In this document: in pieces, positions 17,245 through 26,071 of the stretch | How the letters are laid out: every line of letters starts with the position of its first letter | Numbering within the stretch: position 1 is the stretch's first letter | Assembly (NCBI GenBank): GCA_965249275.1 | Contig: CBDFLQ010000006.1 | Location: 64,001-128,000 of the forward strand | Length of the DNA: 64,000 nt | From: Dehalococcoidia bacterium | GTDB lineage: Bacteria; Chloroflexota; Dehalococcoidia; Plut-88900 | Direction of reading: 5' to 3' | Translations under genes and position numbers: made by a program | The notes under the pieces: model-generated | Told to the model about the DNA's origin: nothing | The model's database searches: none | What the model saw: the letters and a program-made list of their open reading frames with translations, nothing else

Positions 17245-17674
17245 GGCGATGGAAAGACGCCCTGGTTCGCTATCGTTCCATGTGAGGCTCCTAACGGAGA
17301 TGCCGCTCCTTCAAGCGGAATAGCGGTCGGATAGGCCCGGCGCCGAGGTCCTCTCGGTACACCGTCCGCTTAATTCAGCCGGGAGCCGGTGGTCCCTGCA
17401 CTCCGGGTCGCACCGGCAAACTTGGACATATTACGCCTGCAAGAGGCTCCACCCGGACGCTGGACGAGCCTCCTAGCCGCCCTATAGCGGTGCAGCCAAC
17501 CCCTCGGAGTCAGGCTCGGACTTGGTGGCCCTGACGGTCCCTGCCCATGTCCAGCGTATACAGGGCCAAAGGCCGCAGCAGCGGCAAAAGCGGGCCGGAC
17601 GCCCTTGCCCCGGGGTGTCGGAGCACCCGAAGCACAGGAACGGGGGCAGCGTCCAGCAAGCGTCTTTCATCGCC
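17245..17674 (+). ncRNA. Candidate large structured ncRNA of unknown family (about 430 nt)
   Basis: Ends pair (GGCGATGGAAAGACGC/GCGTCTTTCATCGCC) and continue inward as a segmented helix; at least 8 internal stems, two crossing pairings; G-U wobbles favour the + strand; no credible ORF. Confidence 0.62.
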
Positions 17675-17761
17675 AACCACCCAGACAGAACAACCAAAAC
17701 CCCACCCTCCCACAACTGAATAAACCGGCGTGTCACTATCCCACCCAACGAGTGTCCTCCC

Positions 17762-17791
17762 TTGACCCCACCCCCCGCCCCCCTCTAATAT
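17762..17791 (+). promoter_or_regulatory. Putative sigma70 promoter for tRNA-Gly
   Basis: TTGACC-N18-TAATAT, 11 nt upstream of the tRNA. Confidence 0.6.
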
Positions 17792-17802
17792 CTCCCCGCG
17801 GT

Positions 17803-17877
17803 GCGGGAGTAGCTCAGTGGTAGAGCCCCTGCCTTCCAAGCAGGCTGTCGCCGGTTCGAATCCGGTCTCCCGCTCCA
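17803..17877 (+). tRNA. tRNA-Gly (TCC)
   Basis: GCGGGAG/CTCCCGC acceptor stem, D arm GCTC/GAGC, anticodon arm CCTGC-CTTCCAA-GCAGG, GTTCGAA T loop, encoded CCA. Confidence 0.97.
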
Positions 17878-17878
17878 C

Positions 17879-19063
17879 TCACAGGCTCGCCAACGCCTGT
17901 CCCAGGTCCGCCTCAATGTCCTCCGCCGACTCTATCCCGCACGACATCCGGATCAGCCCGCCGTAGATTCCAACCTCCTCCCGCTCCCCCTCCGTCAAAG
18001 ACCTGTGCGACGTCTTCGCCGGGTGCGACACCGTCGTGCACGTCTCCCCCAGGCTCGCCGCAAACCTGATCATCTTCAGAGACCGTATGAACCTCGACGC
18101 CGCCTCCACCCCACCCCTCAGCTCGAACGACACCATGCTCCCGAATCCACCCTCCAACGTCGACTTCGCCAACTCATGCTGCGGGTGACTGTCCAGACCC
18201 GGATAGTGAACGGCCGACACCGCCGGGTGTCCCGACAGGAACTCCGCCGCCCTCATGGCGTTTTCGCAAGTGCGAGCCACCCGCAAGGGCAGCGTCCGTA
18301 TCCCCCGCACGATTAGCCACGCCGCAAACGGGTCCAACGTACTTCCCCACACCCTGTTCGACTGCCGTATCGACGCCATCGCCTCGAACCGACCCGCCGC
18401 CACCCCTCCCATCACGTCCGAGTGCCCGCCTAACAGCTTCGTCGCGCTGTGGATTGTCACGTCAGCGCCCAGTTCCAGGGGCCGCATCAGCAGCGGCGTC
18501 GCCAGCGTGTTGTCCACTACCACCTGCACACCCCTCTCACCCGCCAACTGGGCAATCCCCTCCACGTCCGTCAGCCGCAGCAAAGGGTTCGTTATCGACT
18601 CTACGAGAATGACCTTCGGAGACCGCTCTAAAGCCCGCTCAACCAGCCCCAGGTCCGTCACATCCACGAACTCCACCCGAACCCCGAGCCTAGGCAGGTG
18701 TTGCCTCAGAAGCAGGTTTGTACCCCCGTACAGCACGTCCCCCGCCAAAACCGTGTCTCCAGCCTCGACCATGGATAACAGCGTGTTACCGATCGCCCCC
18801 ATCCCCGAGGCAAACGCCACCGCATCGTCGGCATTCTCCAGTTCGGCCACGACCCTCTCCAGGGTCTCAACGTTGGGGTTCCCATCCCGGGAGTAGATGA
18901 ACCCATCCTGGCTGCCCGCATAGATATCGTCCAGCAGCTCCAGGCTCTCGACTTCAAAGACGGAACCCTGGTAAATGGGCGCCATCAAGGGCCTAGTCGC
19001 CGACTCCACGTCCCTCCCCGCCGACGCGCATATACTCTCCACCGACCGCCTCTTGCCGTTCAC
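17879..19063 (-). CDS. Cys/Met metabolism PLP enzyme (cystathionine gamma-synthase/lyase or methionine gamma-lyase family)
   Basis: YSRDGNP, FASGMGAI, LYGGT, ESITNP, VVDNT, HSATKLLGGHSD, YPGL, ASLG, IRMSCGIE. Confidence 0.92.
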   Translation of the reverse strand: MNGKRRSVESICASAGRDVESATRPLMAPIYQGSVFEVESLELLDDIYAGSQDGFIYSRDGNPNVETLERVVAELENADDAVAFASGMGAIGNTLLSMVEAGDTVLAGDVLYGGTNLLLRQHLPRLGVRVEFVDVTDLGLVERALERSPKVILVESITNPLLRLTDVEGIAQLAGERGVQVVVDNTLATPLLMRPLELGADVTIHSATKLLGGHSDVMGGVAAGRFEAMASIRQSNRVWGSTLDPFAAWLIVRGIRTLPLRVARTCENAMRAAEFLSGHPAVSAVHYPGLDSHPQHELAKSTLEGGFGSMVSFELRGGVEAASRFIRSLKMIRFAASLGETCTTVSHPAKTSHRSLTEGEREEVGIYGGLIRMSCGIESAEDIEADLGQALASL

Positions 19064-19165
19064 TGCATTTCCCCTTTCTAGTTCAAGTCCTTTGCATTGT
19101 CAGTCCGGAGGAGTGTCTTATCCCCTCCCTTGCATATCCGTCATTCCCGCCCTGGGGCCGAGGTA

Positions 19166-19320
19166 TTCCGCTCGCCCTGAGTCGAGTCGAAGGGTCTCAA
19201 GAGCGGAATGGGCGGGATCTGTACCGTCCAGTCCCCTCTCCCTCGATTAGACATTTTCATAACCTGTGTTGGAGGGGCGTGGGGCCGCTCGTGCTGAGGC
19301 TCTCGAAGTATGAGCGGGGG
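19166..19320. repeat. REP-like repeats (CCTGAG..GTCGAAG family)
   Basis: TTCCGCTCGCCCTGAGTCGAGTCGAAGGGTCTCAAGAGCGGAATGGGCGGG is nearly identical at 51180-51230; the second unit matches 665-701. Confidence 0.8.
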
Positions 19321-19440
19321 GATGTTAGCGCATCTGGATGGAACAACAGATGCGATCTGCAGTTACCAAAATATCTCTCGATGGGAGAGGGTGATGGTGT
19401 TCCAATGCCTACAACCAACACTAGGTAGAGCTAAGCTCCC

Positions 19441-20715
19441 CTACCCCACCCCCAACACCTGCCTATAAAGACGCAGATTGTCCCTCAACACCCGAGTAAT
19501 AAGGAAATTCTCCCTCACGTGCTCTCGAGCCTGTCGCCCCATTTCCTCCGCCATATCCGAGTCCTGCAAAACACTCAACGCCCTCTCCGCACACTCCTCC
19601 GTCGACCCAATAAGAAATCCGGTCTTGCCGTCCAGGACTTGAAGCGTCAGTCCCCCCGTCCGACCCGCGATCACCGGCTTCCCGTGCCACAACGACCCCG
19701 TCGCGCTCAGCCCGAAACCCTCTCTCGTCGACTTCTGCACCATCACCCGCGCAAGGGTCTGCACTGCGTTCACTTCCCTGTCCGTCATCCCCTTGAAGTT
19801 CGTGATCAGATGGACGTCCGGGTCCTCCCCTGCGCGCCGGGCCGTCTTCTCGAAGAATCCGAGCCCCTCGGGGTCGTCCGCAGCCGTCGGCCCGATCATG
19901 ATCAGCTGGATCCCGGGCACCTCCTTCTTGACCAGCCGGTACGCATCCACGACACCTAACGGGTCCTTCCACGGGTCGAACCGCGACACCTGCGCCATAA
20001 TCGGCCTCTTCGGGTCCACCCCGAATGGGTCCAACACTCGGGCTGCCTCAATCGATGTCAAAGGCACATTCTTCTCGTCCAACGGATCAATCCCTGGCGC
20101 CGAGACCACCGCAGTCGGCCCTCCGTACCCCCCGATGATGAACTCCTCCATGCTGAACTCTGCCGCATCGTACAGCCGGATGTAGTCCTGGAGGTTGGCC
20201 CACACGTCGGGTTGGGCGTCCGTCAGGTCGATGTGGCAGCGCCAAATCCACTTCGTATCGCTGCCGCGTCGGTCTCCCATGAAGTGCAGAATGGGCGCAG
20301 GCTGAGGATCGTGGACGAAGACGATGTCGTATTCCGCGTACAGGTCTCCGGCGTTCCTCCGGTTGTATTCCAGCCACGTGTCCCACATCTCCGCCGTCCA
20401 CTCGACCCGCTTCCCTTGCAGGCTGTTGTGCATGCTCTTGGTCACGTCGAAGAACGGCGCCTCACCCCTGATCGTCCGCCACTCCGCCTCGACACCCACG
20501 TCGTTCAAAAGTGGAATCAGCGCCTCAAAGATATCAGCGACACCCCCGCCGCTCGCCGAGGAGTTGAGGTGCAGGACCGTCTTCCCCTTTAACCCGGCCG
20601 CCAGCTCCCGAATCTCCTCCACGGGCCCCCGCCCCGTGACCGCCGCGTAGTCTCCCAGCCGCCTGTGTCCCACCTCCCTCACCGGCAGGCTCGTCTTCCT
20701 GGTCGTCTCTGTCAC
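19441..20715 (-). CDS. treT: Trehalose glycosyltransferring synthase (TreT-like, GT4)
   Basis: HLNSS..GGGVA, FFDVTKSMHNSLQG, VHDPQP, WIWRCHID, QVSRFDPWKDP, DDPEG, QKSTREGFGL. Confidence 0.85.
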   Translation of the reverse strand: MTETTRKTSLPVREVGHRRLGDYAAVTGRGPVEEIRELAAGLKGKTVLHLNSSASGGGVADIFEALIPLLNDVGVEAEWRTIRGEAPFFDVTKSMHNSLQGKRVEWTAEMWDTWLEYNRRNAGDLYAEYDIVFVHDPQPAPILHFMGDRRGSDTKWIWRCHIDLTDAQPDVWANLQDYIRLYDAAEFSMEEFIIGGYGGPTAVVSAPGIDPLDEKNVPLTSIEAARVLDPFGVDPKRPIMAQVSRFDPWKDPLGVVDAYRLVKKEVPGIQLIMIGPTAADDPEGLGFFEKTARRAGEDPDVHLITNFKGMTDREVNAVQTLARVMVQKSTREGFGLSATGSLWHGKPVIAGRTGGLTLQVLDGKTGFLIGSTEECAERALSVLQDSDMAEEMGRQAREHVRENFLITRVLRDNLRLYRQVLGVG

Positions 20716-20745
20716 CTAAATCTCCTCGCGGGCTTCGCACAAGAC

Positions 20746-20774
20746 GAGGCGCTCACTTTTACCGCGAGCGCCTC
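20746..20774 (-). terminator. Intergenic hairpin, possible terminator
   Basis: GAGGCGCTC ... GAGCGCCTC inverted repeat downstream of the OB-fold gene. Confidence 0.45.
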
Positions 20775-20825
20775 CCTCGTAGTCCCGTCTTCTTTTGCTT
20801 TGCTTATGTCGACTCGTTAGATATG

Positions 20826-21245
20826 TCAGGCCGGATGGAATACCAGGCTCTTCCTTGCCCCTTCTCCTTCACCTTCCTCTTTGAAGGAAGCCTCCACCGA
20901 CATCCCTATCGACACCGCACCCGGGTCCGTCGCATCGAACCCGTCAAGCATAGCAGTGATGCCGGGGCCTTCCTCAGTCTGGACCACCGCACTCAAATAC
21001 GGCTTGTCTCGACCATAACCCTTGGCCGCCATGCCCGTCGGCACGATGGTAATCGCAGTGAACCCGATAACCTTGCCCTTGCCGCTCAGCTCTTTCCAAC
21101 CCATGTCCGTGCCGTGGCACTCGGGGCAAACAGGCCGGGGAGGCAGGTACAGTATGTCGCACTTCTCACAGCGGGAAGCCATCAGCTTCCCTTCGGAGAC
21201 GTGCCGATTGTAGCTGGAAATCGTAAAGTCGCTCTGCTCCATCAT
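20826..21245 (-). CDS. Zn-ribbon/OB-fold (DUF35) protein, thiolase partner
   Basis: CEKC...YLPPRPVCPEC, ELSGKGKV..FT, IGMSVEASF. Confidence 0.9.
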   Translation of the reverse strand: MMEQSDFTISSYNRHVSEGKLMASRCEKCDILYLPPRPVCPECHGTDMGWKELSGKGKVIGFTAITIVPTGMAAKGYGRDKPYLSAVVQTEEGPGITAMLDGFDATDPGAVSIGMSVEASFKEEGEGEGARKSLVFHPA

Positions 21246-22522
21246 GATCTTCGCTCCATGATGTGCACCGCACAGGTCCCGCCCGTGCCCCCGACATTAT
21301 GCGTGAGCCCCAACCTTAGGTCCTTGTCCTTCAACTGTCTGTCACCGGCTCGTTCGGTAAGCTGCATCCACATCTCAAGCACCTGCCCTGCGCCCGTGGC
21401 CCCTACCGGATGGCCCTTCGACTTCAGTCCGCCCGACACGTTCACCGTGCAGGGCGCTTCACGAGAGGTCTGCCCTTCAGCGGCGGCGAATGCGCCCTTG
21501 CCAGGCTCGAACAGCCCAATGTCCTCTATCCCGATGATCTCAGCGATGGTGAAACAGTCGTGTACTTCCGCCATGTCCAGGTCGCTCGGCGAGATGCCGG
21601 CCATTTCAAAGGCTTGTCGCGCTGCGATCCGCGCCGAGGGTATCGAAGTGATGTCTCCGGCCCATGTCGCCAGGGGTCCGGCGCTGGCCTGAGCGGTCGC
21701 AACTACGCTTACGACTTCATCGGTGTACTCCCGAGCCACGTCCTCCGCGGCCAGGATTATGCATGCTGCGCCATCGGTCACTGGCGAGCAGTCGAATAGG
21801 TGAAGCGGAGATGCCACCTGTGGGTTGGCCCGGGGGTCGTTCAGGAATTCGAACTCATCTGTCCATGTGGGCACCGGCCTGCCTCGCTTTGCCGCGCTCG
21901 CCTTCCGCCTCTCCATGAAGTCGGCAATCGACACATTGAACTGTGCCTTCGGGTTAAGCGCCCCATTTCGATGGTTTTTGATCGCCACGTGCATCAGGTG
22001 TTCGCGCGTCGCCCCATACCTGTCCAGGTACGCCGACCCCATCGCCGCGTACAGGCCCGGGAACGTGAACTGCGCCTGGTCCAGCTCCATTGGCACATCG
22101 CTAGCCGCAGCCAGGGCATCCTGGACCTCTTCGGTGGCAAGAGAAGTCATCTTCTCCACACCCCCGACCAGCACCACGTCGTACATGCCGGAGGCTATCG
22201 CCATGATGCCTTCCCTGAAGGCCAAGCCGCTGCTGGCACAGGCCCCCTCCACCCTTGTCGCGGGCCGGGGTGCGAGCCCCACCCAGTCCGCCATCAGGTG
22301 TCCAAGGTGTCCCTGCCCTTCGAACAGGTCCGCAGAGAAGTTGCCGACATAGAGGGCCTCAATGGCCTCCGGGTCAATCCCCTTGCTCACGGAGCCGATG
22401 GCCTCGGAGTAGGCCTCTCCGAAAAGGTCTCGGGTGCTCTTCTCGGCAAAGGCGCCGAACTTCGACATGCCTCCGCCTATTATGCTGACACCCCGCCCCA
22501 GCTTTCGTTTCTTGGCCGCCAT
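21242..22522 (-). CDS. SCP2-type thiolase (acetyl-CoA acetyltransferase domain protein)
   Basis: EGACASSG, GGVEKM, KNHRNGALNPKAQ, DCSPVTDGAA, AEVHDCFT, VNVSGGL..KGHPVGATG, HNVGG. Confidence 0.92.
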   Translation of the reverse strand: MAAKKRKLGRGVSIIGGGMSKFGAFAEKSTRDLFGEAYSEAIGSVSKGIDPEAIEALYVGNFSADLFEGQGHLGHLMADWVGLAPRPATRVEGACASSGLAFREGIMAIASGMYDVVLVGGVEKMTSLATEEVQDALAAASDVPMELDQAQFTFPGLYAAMGSAYLDRYGATREHLMHVAIKNHRNGALNPKAQFNVSIADFMERRKASAAKRGRPVPTWTDEFEFLNDPRANPQVASPLHLFDCSPVTDGAACIILAAEDVAREYTDEVVSVVATAQASAGPLATWAGDITSIPSARIAARQAFEMAGISPSDLDMAEVHDCFTIAEIIGIEDIGLFEPGKGAFAAAEGQTSREAPCTVNVSGGLKSKGHPVGATGAGQVLEMWMQLTERAGDRQLKDKDLRLGLTHNVGGTGGTCAVHIMERRS

Positions 22523-22583
22523 TGGCTCCTCCTTAGGCAGGTCTATTCCCCTGCTTTGCCTTGTTCCTTCTTGGTCGTCGAGG

Positions 22584-24065
22584 CTAGTCTTTGAGTTCTA
22601 GAGTAGTGACGCTGCCCGTCGATAGGGTAGCGACCCTGATTGCGTGATTGTTCGTGTCGGCAATGTACATCTTGCCGTTCACAATGGCCAAACCTTCCGG
22701 CTCATAGAAGAGGGCCGCCCTGGCGGGGCCGTCCTCAAACCCCGTGTCCCCAAGCCCGGTGAAGCTCACGACGGCCTGGGTCAGAGGCTCGATTCGCTTG
22801 ATCTTGTTGTTGTAGGTGTCAGTCACGTACAGCATCCCCTCGTGCCAGCACACCCCTTGTACGTGCTGAAGAAGTGCCCTGTCCCCGACTCCATCCTTGT
22901 CCCCGAAGTCGAACAGGCCCGTTCCCACCAGCGTGCTCACCTTCCCCGATTCTCCTCGAGTTGCCATGCGTATTGCGCTAGTTTCGCTGTCCGCGAAGTA
23001 GATCGTATCTCCGTCAGTGTCTATCCCTGTCGGCTGGGCCAGCATCGCGTTGCGGAGAGTCCCGTCCTTGATGCCCTCCCTGCCGCTTCCGGCAAATGGT
23101 CCCACGTACCCGGACTCCAGGTGCATCACCCAAAGCTGGTGGAACCCCGCCATGGCGATGTAGAGCATCCCGTCCAGGCAGGTCAGGTCCCACGGCGAGT
23201 TCAAGGCTACCGACCCCACCCCCCCGTCGTGGAACATCCGGGCCTGCTCTCCCGTCCCGGCTATCGTCTCCACCCGACGCTCCCGCAGGTCTACGCGGCG
23301 GATTGCGTGATTCTCCGTGTCGGCCACGTAAAGGCTGTCGCCCGACAGGGTCAGACCATGAGGATGGTGGAATTTTGCGTCGGCGTAGTCACCATCCTCC
23401 AGCCCCACATCCCCACCCCCGATCACGTCCAATATCTTCCCGTCCAGGGAAATCGAGAGCACTCTGTTATGGTTGGAGTCCGAAACAAAGAGCCGAGACC
23501 CCTTCTCATCGGCGATGATCTTGCTGGGGAACGAGAGCGTTCCGCCTTCCTCCTTGTGCACCGAAAGCCCGGGAATCGGGGTCCGGTCCAGCGTGCCCCT
23601 CGCCTCAAACTCGGTGATCATGTCTCGGATCACCCTGTCGAACGCATCGAAGGTTATCTCACCCTCGTGCCTCCCCAGGATGTTCCCTTCAGGGTCGACT
23701 ACGTAAAGCGTCGGCCAAGCCCTCGCCGAGTACTGGCTCCACACCCGGAAATCCTTGTCGTTCACCACCGGGTGCTCGAGCTCGAACCGCCGGATCGCCT
23801 TCTCGATGTTGGCTGTGTCTTTCTCGGAGGTGAATTTGGCAGAGTGGACGCCCACCACCACCAGCTCCTCCTGGTACTTCTCTTCAAGTTTCCGCAACTG
23901 CGGAAATATGTGCATGCAGTTAACTCAGCAATATGTCCAGAAGTCCAGGATGACTATCTTGCCCTTCAGGTCCTCCATGCTCAAAGGACGCTCGACGTTC
24001 AGCCAGTCGATGTCCCTCGGAAAGTCCGGGGCCTTTACGCTGCCTACCATTGTCTGTTGTGCCAT
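22584..24065 (-). CDS. Thioredoxin-like plus NHL-repeat protein (NHLRC2-like), predicted selenoprotein (TGA at 23925-23927)
   Basis: Frame upstream of the tracked ORF reads [48 protein letters not shown], versus family DFWTYCCINCMH; GAGGAG RBS; hairpin TTTCCGCA-GT-TGCGGAAA downstream; NHL repeats ([10 protein letters not shown]). Confidence 0.85.
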
Positions 24066-24115
24066 TACGGATTACTCCTCAGTTTTCCAAAGGGCCCCGA
24101 TATCCGTTCGACTCA

Positions 24116-25096
24116 CTACCCGGTTACCCTAATCACCCACACGGCGGGAAGGCCGCTAGCAATTTGTTCCCAGCTGTCTCCCGCATCCTCACTAGCGAAC
24201 AATTCCCCATCCGTTGTGCCGGCGTAGACCGCACCCGGTGTAACAGGGTCCGCAACCAGTCCCCTCACCATTGCGTGAAGTCTGTCCGGCAACCCGTTAC
24301 CGAGCCTCTCCCAAGTCGAGCCCGCATCTCGGCTCCTGTAGATCCGCGCCAGCGCTCCACCCGGCCCTCCGAAGGTTGTCGGGTTGTCCGCCGCTGCTCC
24401 TATGTACAGCAGATTAGGGTCTCGGCTGTCCAAGATAATGGGGTGGGTGTAGGGGTTGTCCATTCCACCCTGCAGGTGCTCCCAGTTCCGGGCCCCGTCC
24501 GTCGAACGGTAGAAACCGTCGCCCGTCGTGGAGTACATCACCTTCGAGTCCCGCGGATGGGAAAGGATATAGTGAATGTCTTCGTAGATGCCTTCGCCGT
24601 AGCTCTCCCACGTCTCACCGCCGTCCCCGCTCCGGATAAGCCCCCCCACCTCCACCCCTGCAAATACCGTGTCCGGCTCATCCGCTACGAAGTCGAACGT
24701 GCGAACGTGGGATATGAAGGGAGGTGCGGGGAATGACCACGTCGGGTAGGAGGGCAGATCCTTCACCGCCTTCAGCTCGACCCAGCTTTCGCCCCGGTCC
24801 CGGCTCCTGAACACAGCCGCCGGTTCCGTGCCGGCAAAGACCGTGCCGGACTGGTGCGGGGAAACGCCCAGACCTCTGATATCCCCCTCCAAACCTTGAG
24901 TCCAGGCCCCCGATGGCGAATCGGCCCAATAAACGCCGTCCTTAGTCACACCCGCATACAGCCGTCCCGAGGCATCTATCTCCAGCTTCTGCACCCACTT
25001 CCCGTCCATCGACTCAGCGGACTGTCCCCATGACCCTTTCTCCTTCTCCATGACCATGATCCCCGACTCAGTTCCCAACAACAGCTTCTTAGTCAT
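24116..25096 (-). CDS. BNR/Asp-box beta-propeller protein
   Basis: Repeated SxDxGxTW boxes (RSRDRGESW, RSGDGGETW, RSTDGARNW, RSRDAGSTW, ASEDAGDSW); AGTEPA. Confidence 0.85.
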   Translation of the reverse strand: MTKKLLLGTESGIMVMEKEKGSWGQSAESMDGKWVQKLEIDASGRLYAGVTKDGVYWADSPSGAWTQGLEGDIRGLGVSPHQSGTVFAGTEPAAVFRSRDRGESWVELKAVKDLPSYPTWSFPAPPFISHVRTFDFVADEPDTVFAGVEVGGLIRSGDGGETWESYGEGIYEDIHYILSHPRDSKVMYSTTGDGFYRSTDGARNWEHLQGGMDNPYTHPIILDSRDPNLLYIGAAADNPTTFGGPGGALARIYRSRDAGSTWERLGNGLPDRLHAMVRGLVADPVTPGAVYAGTTDGELFASEDAGDSWEQIASGLPAVWVIRVTG

Positions 25097-25428
25097 GCCC
25101 GCTCCTCCTGCTTGTCATCGGCCTCCATTGTTTCATTGACTCGCTTCGCCATGAGGTCCGGTCGGATTCTAAGTTCGCCCCGCCGATAGGCCATCACAAT
25201 CTCCGGGTCCACCTCTATGGCGGGGCGCATCTGGGCGAAGTCCTCCGCGGTTAGCTCCGGGTTGTCTGGGTCTCGTGCGATGCCAACGTCGATGGCCACT
25301 TCCTCACCATATAGCGTCTCTACCTCCTCGAAATCCATTTCCAAAGCGGCTAGTTTCTCAACCAGCGCTCTGTCGATTTCTACTTCGCCGGGTGCGGGCG
25401 CGGCCTCATTCGATTTACCGCTCAGCAT
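25093..25428 (-). CDS. BrnA-like antitoxin with atypical or missing C-terminal RHH
   Basis: Overlaps the brnT stop; DPDNPELTAEDFAQMRPA motif; no recognisable DNA-binding tail. Confidence 0.55.
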   Translation of the reverse strand: MLSGKSNEAAPAPGEVEIDRALVEKLAALEMDFEEVETLYGEEVAIDVGIARDPDNPELTAEDFAQMRPAIEVDPEIVMAYRRGELRIRPDLMAKRVNETMEADDKQEERA

Positions 25429-25675
25429 ATTCCTTGCGCTCCTTGGGTTTCGCAATCCTGAAACTTATGACACGCCTCCGTTCGCCCCGAATAACGTATA
25501 CCAAGTGATGGAGTCGGCCTTTCAAATAACCTGTGGCAGTCAATCGTGGCTCGGCATACCCTTCACTTGGCCGGATTAAAGCCGTATTCCACTCGAATTC
25601 GTAGACTGAGTAAAAGTCGACCTTGTGCTTCTGAAGGTTCGCTAATCGCTTTACCTCATCCCACTCGTATTCCAA
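25415..25675 (-). CDS. brnT: BrnT-family toxin
   Basis: YEWDEVKRLANLQKHKVDF, EPR..ATG, RRVISFRIA..KERKEY. Confidence 0.9.
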   Translation of the reverse strand: MEYEWDEVKRLANLQKHKVDFYSVYEFEWNTALIRPSEGYAEPRLTATGYLKGRLHHLVYVIRGERRRVISFRIAKPKERKEYAER

Positions 25676-25795
25676 GGTTCAACTATAAGCCCTGTAGGTG
25701 GGGCTATCAACTCTAATGTGTATGACACAAGAATCACAGCGTCTCAATCCCTTTCCTGCTCCCGACTTTCGATCAACTTCTCTCCGTCAGACGGC

Positions 25796-25954
25796 TTATT
25801 GAGTACTGCTAGTCCTCTTGATCGTCTTAATCGTCCTCCGCGCCGCCTCGCGTGCCCATTCTATTTCTTGCTCCAGGTTGGGAACAGATTTCAACTCACC
25901 TCGTTCGAACTTCTCAAGAATTTCAAGCTCTTCTGCGTCTAAATTCTGCTTCAC
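25796..25954 (-). pseudogene. Truncated CopG-type antitoxin remnant (52 aa, absent from the ORF track)
   Basis: GAGGTG RBS then GTG: MKQNLDAEELEILEKFERGELKSVPNLEQEIEWAREAARRTIK...; stops where the RHH (INIRL) would begin. Confidence 0.6.
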
Positions 25955-26071
25955 AATTGCCACCTCAATCCCATTGTAATCCGTACACGCTTTGGAAGTT
26001 TGAGCCTATTCTAATCACACTACCAAAATGGCGACTTCTGTGTCGTAATTTAGCAAATTAGAATCTCTACC

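Noticed and set aside
17323-17383. HDV/theta-like ribozyme (nested pseudoknot near a tRNA)
   Set aside because: The topology is similar, but the P1.1 GG, P4 and catalytic C-containing J4/2 are absent.
17416-17487. tmRNA identity for the large RNA (a frame GCA AAC... reads ANLDILRLQEAPPGRWTSLLAAL*)
   Set aside because: There is no GGGG 5' end, T-arm or CCA tRNA-like domain and no AU-rich resume context, and the peptide does not end in AA. Treated as coincidence.
17245-17674. RNase P, SRP RNA, group I or group II intron
   Set aside because: No GAGGAAAGUCC, SRP helix-8 motif, P7 elements or domain V was found on either strand.
17803-17877. Integrated element at tRNA-Gly
   Set aside because: No integrase and no duplicated tRNA 3' end were seen in the window.
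22644-24227. 527-aa + strand ORF
   Set aside because: It is an antisense shadow of the NHL-thioredoxin gene with no recognisable motifs.
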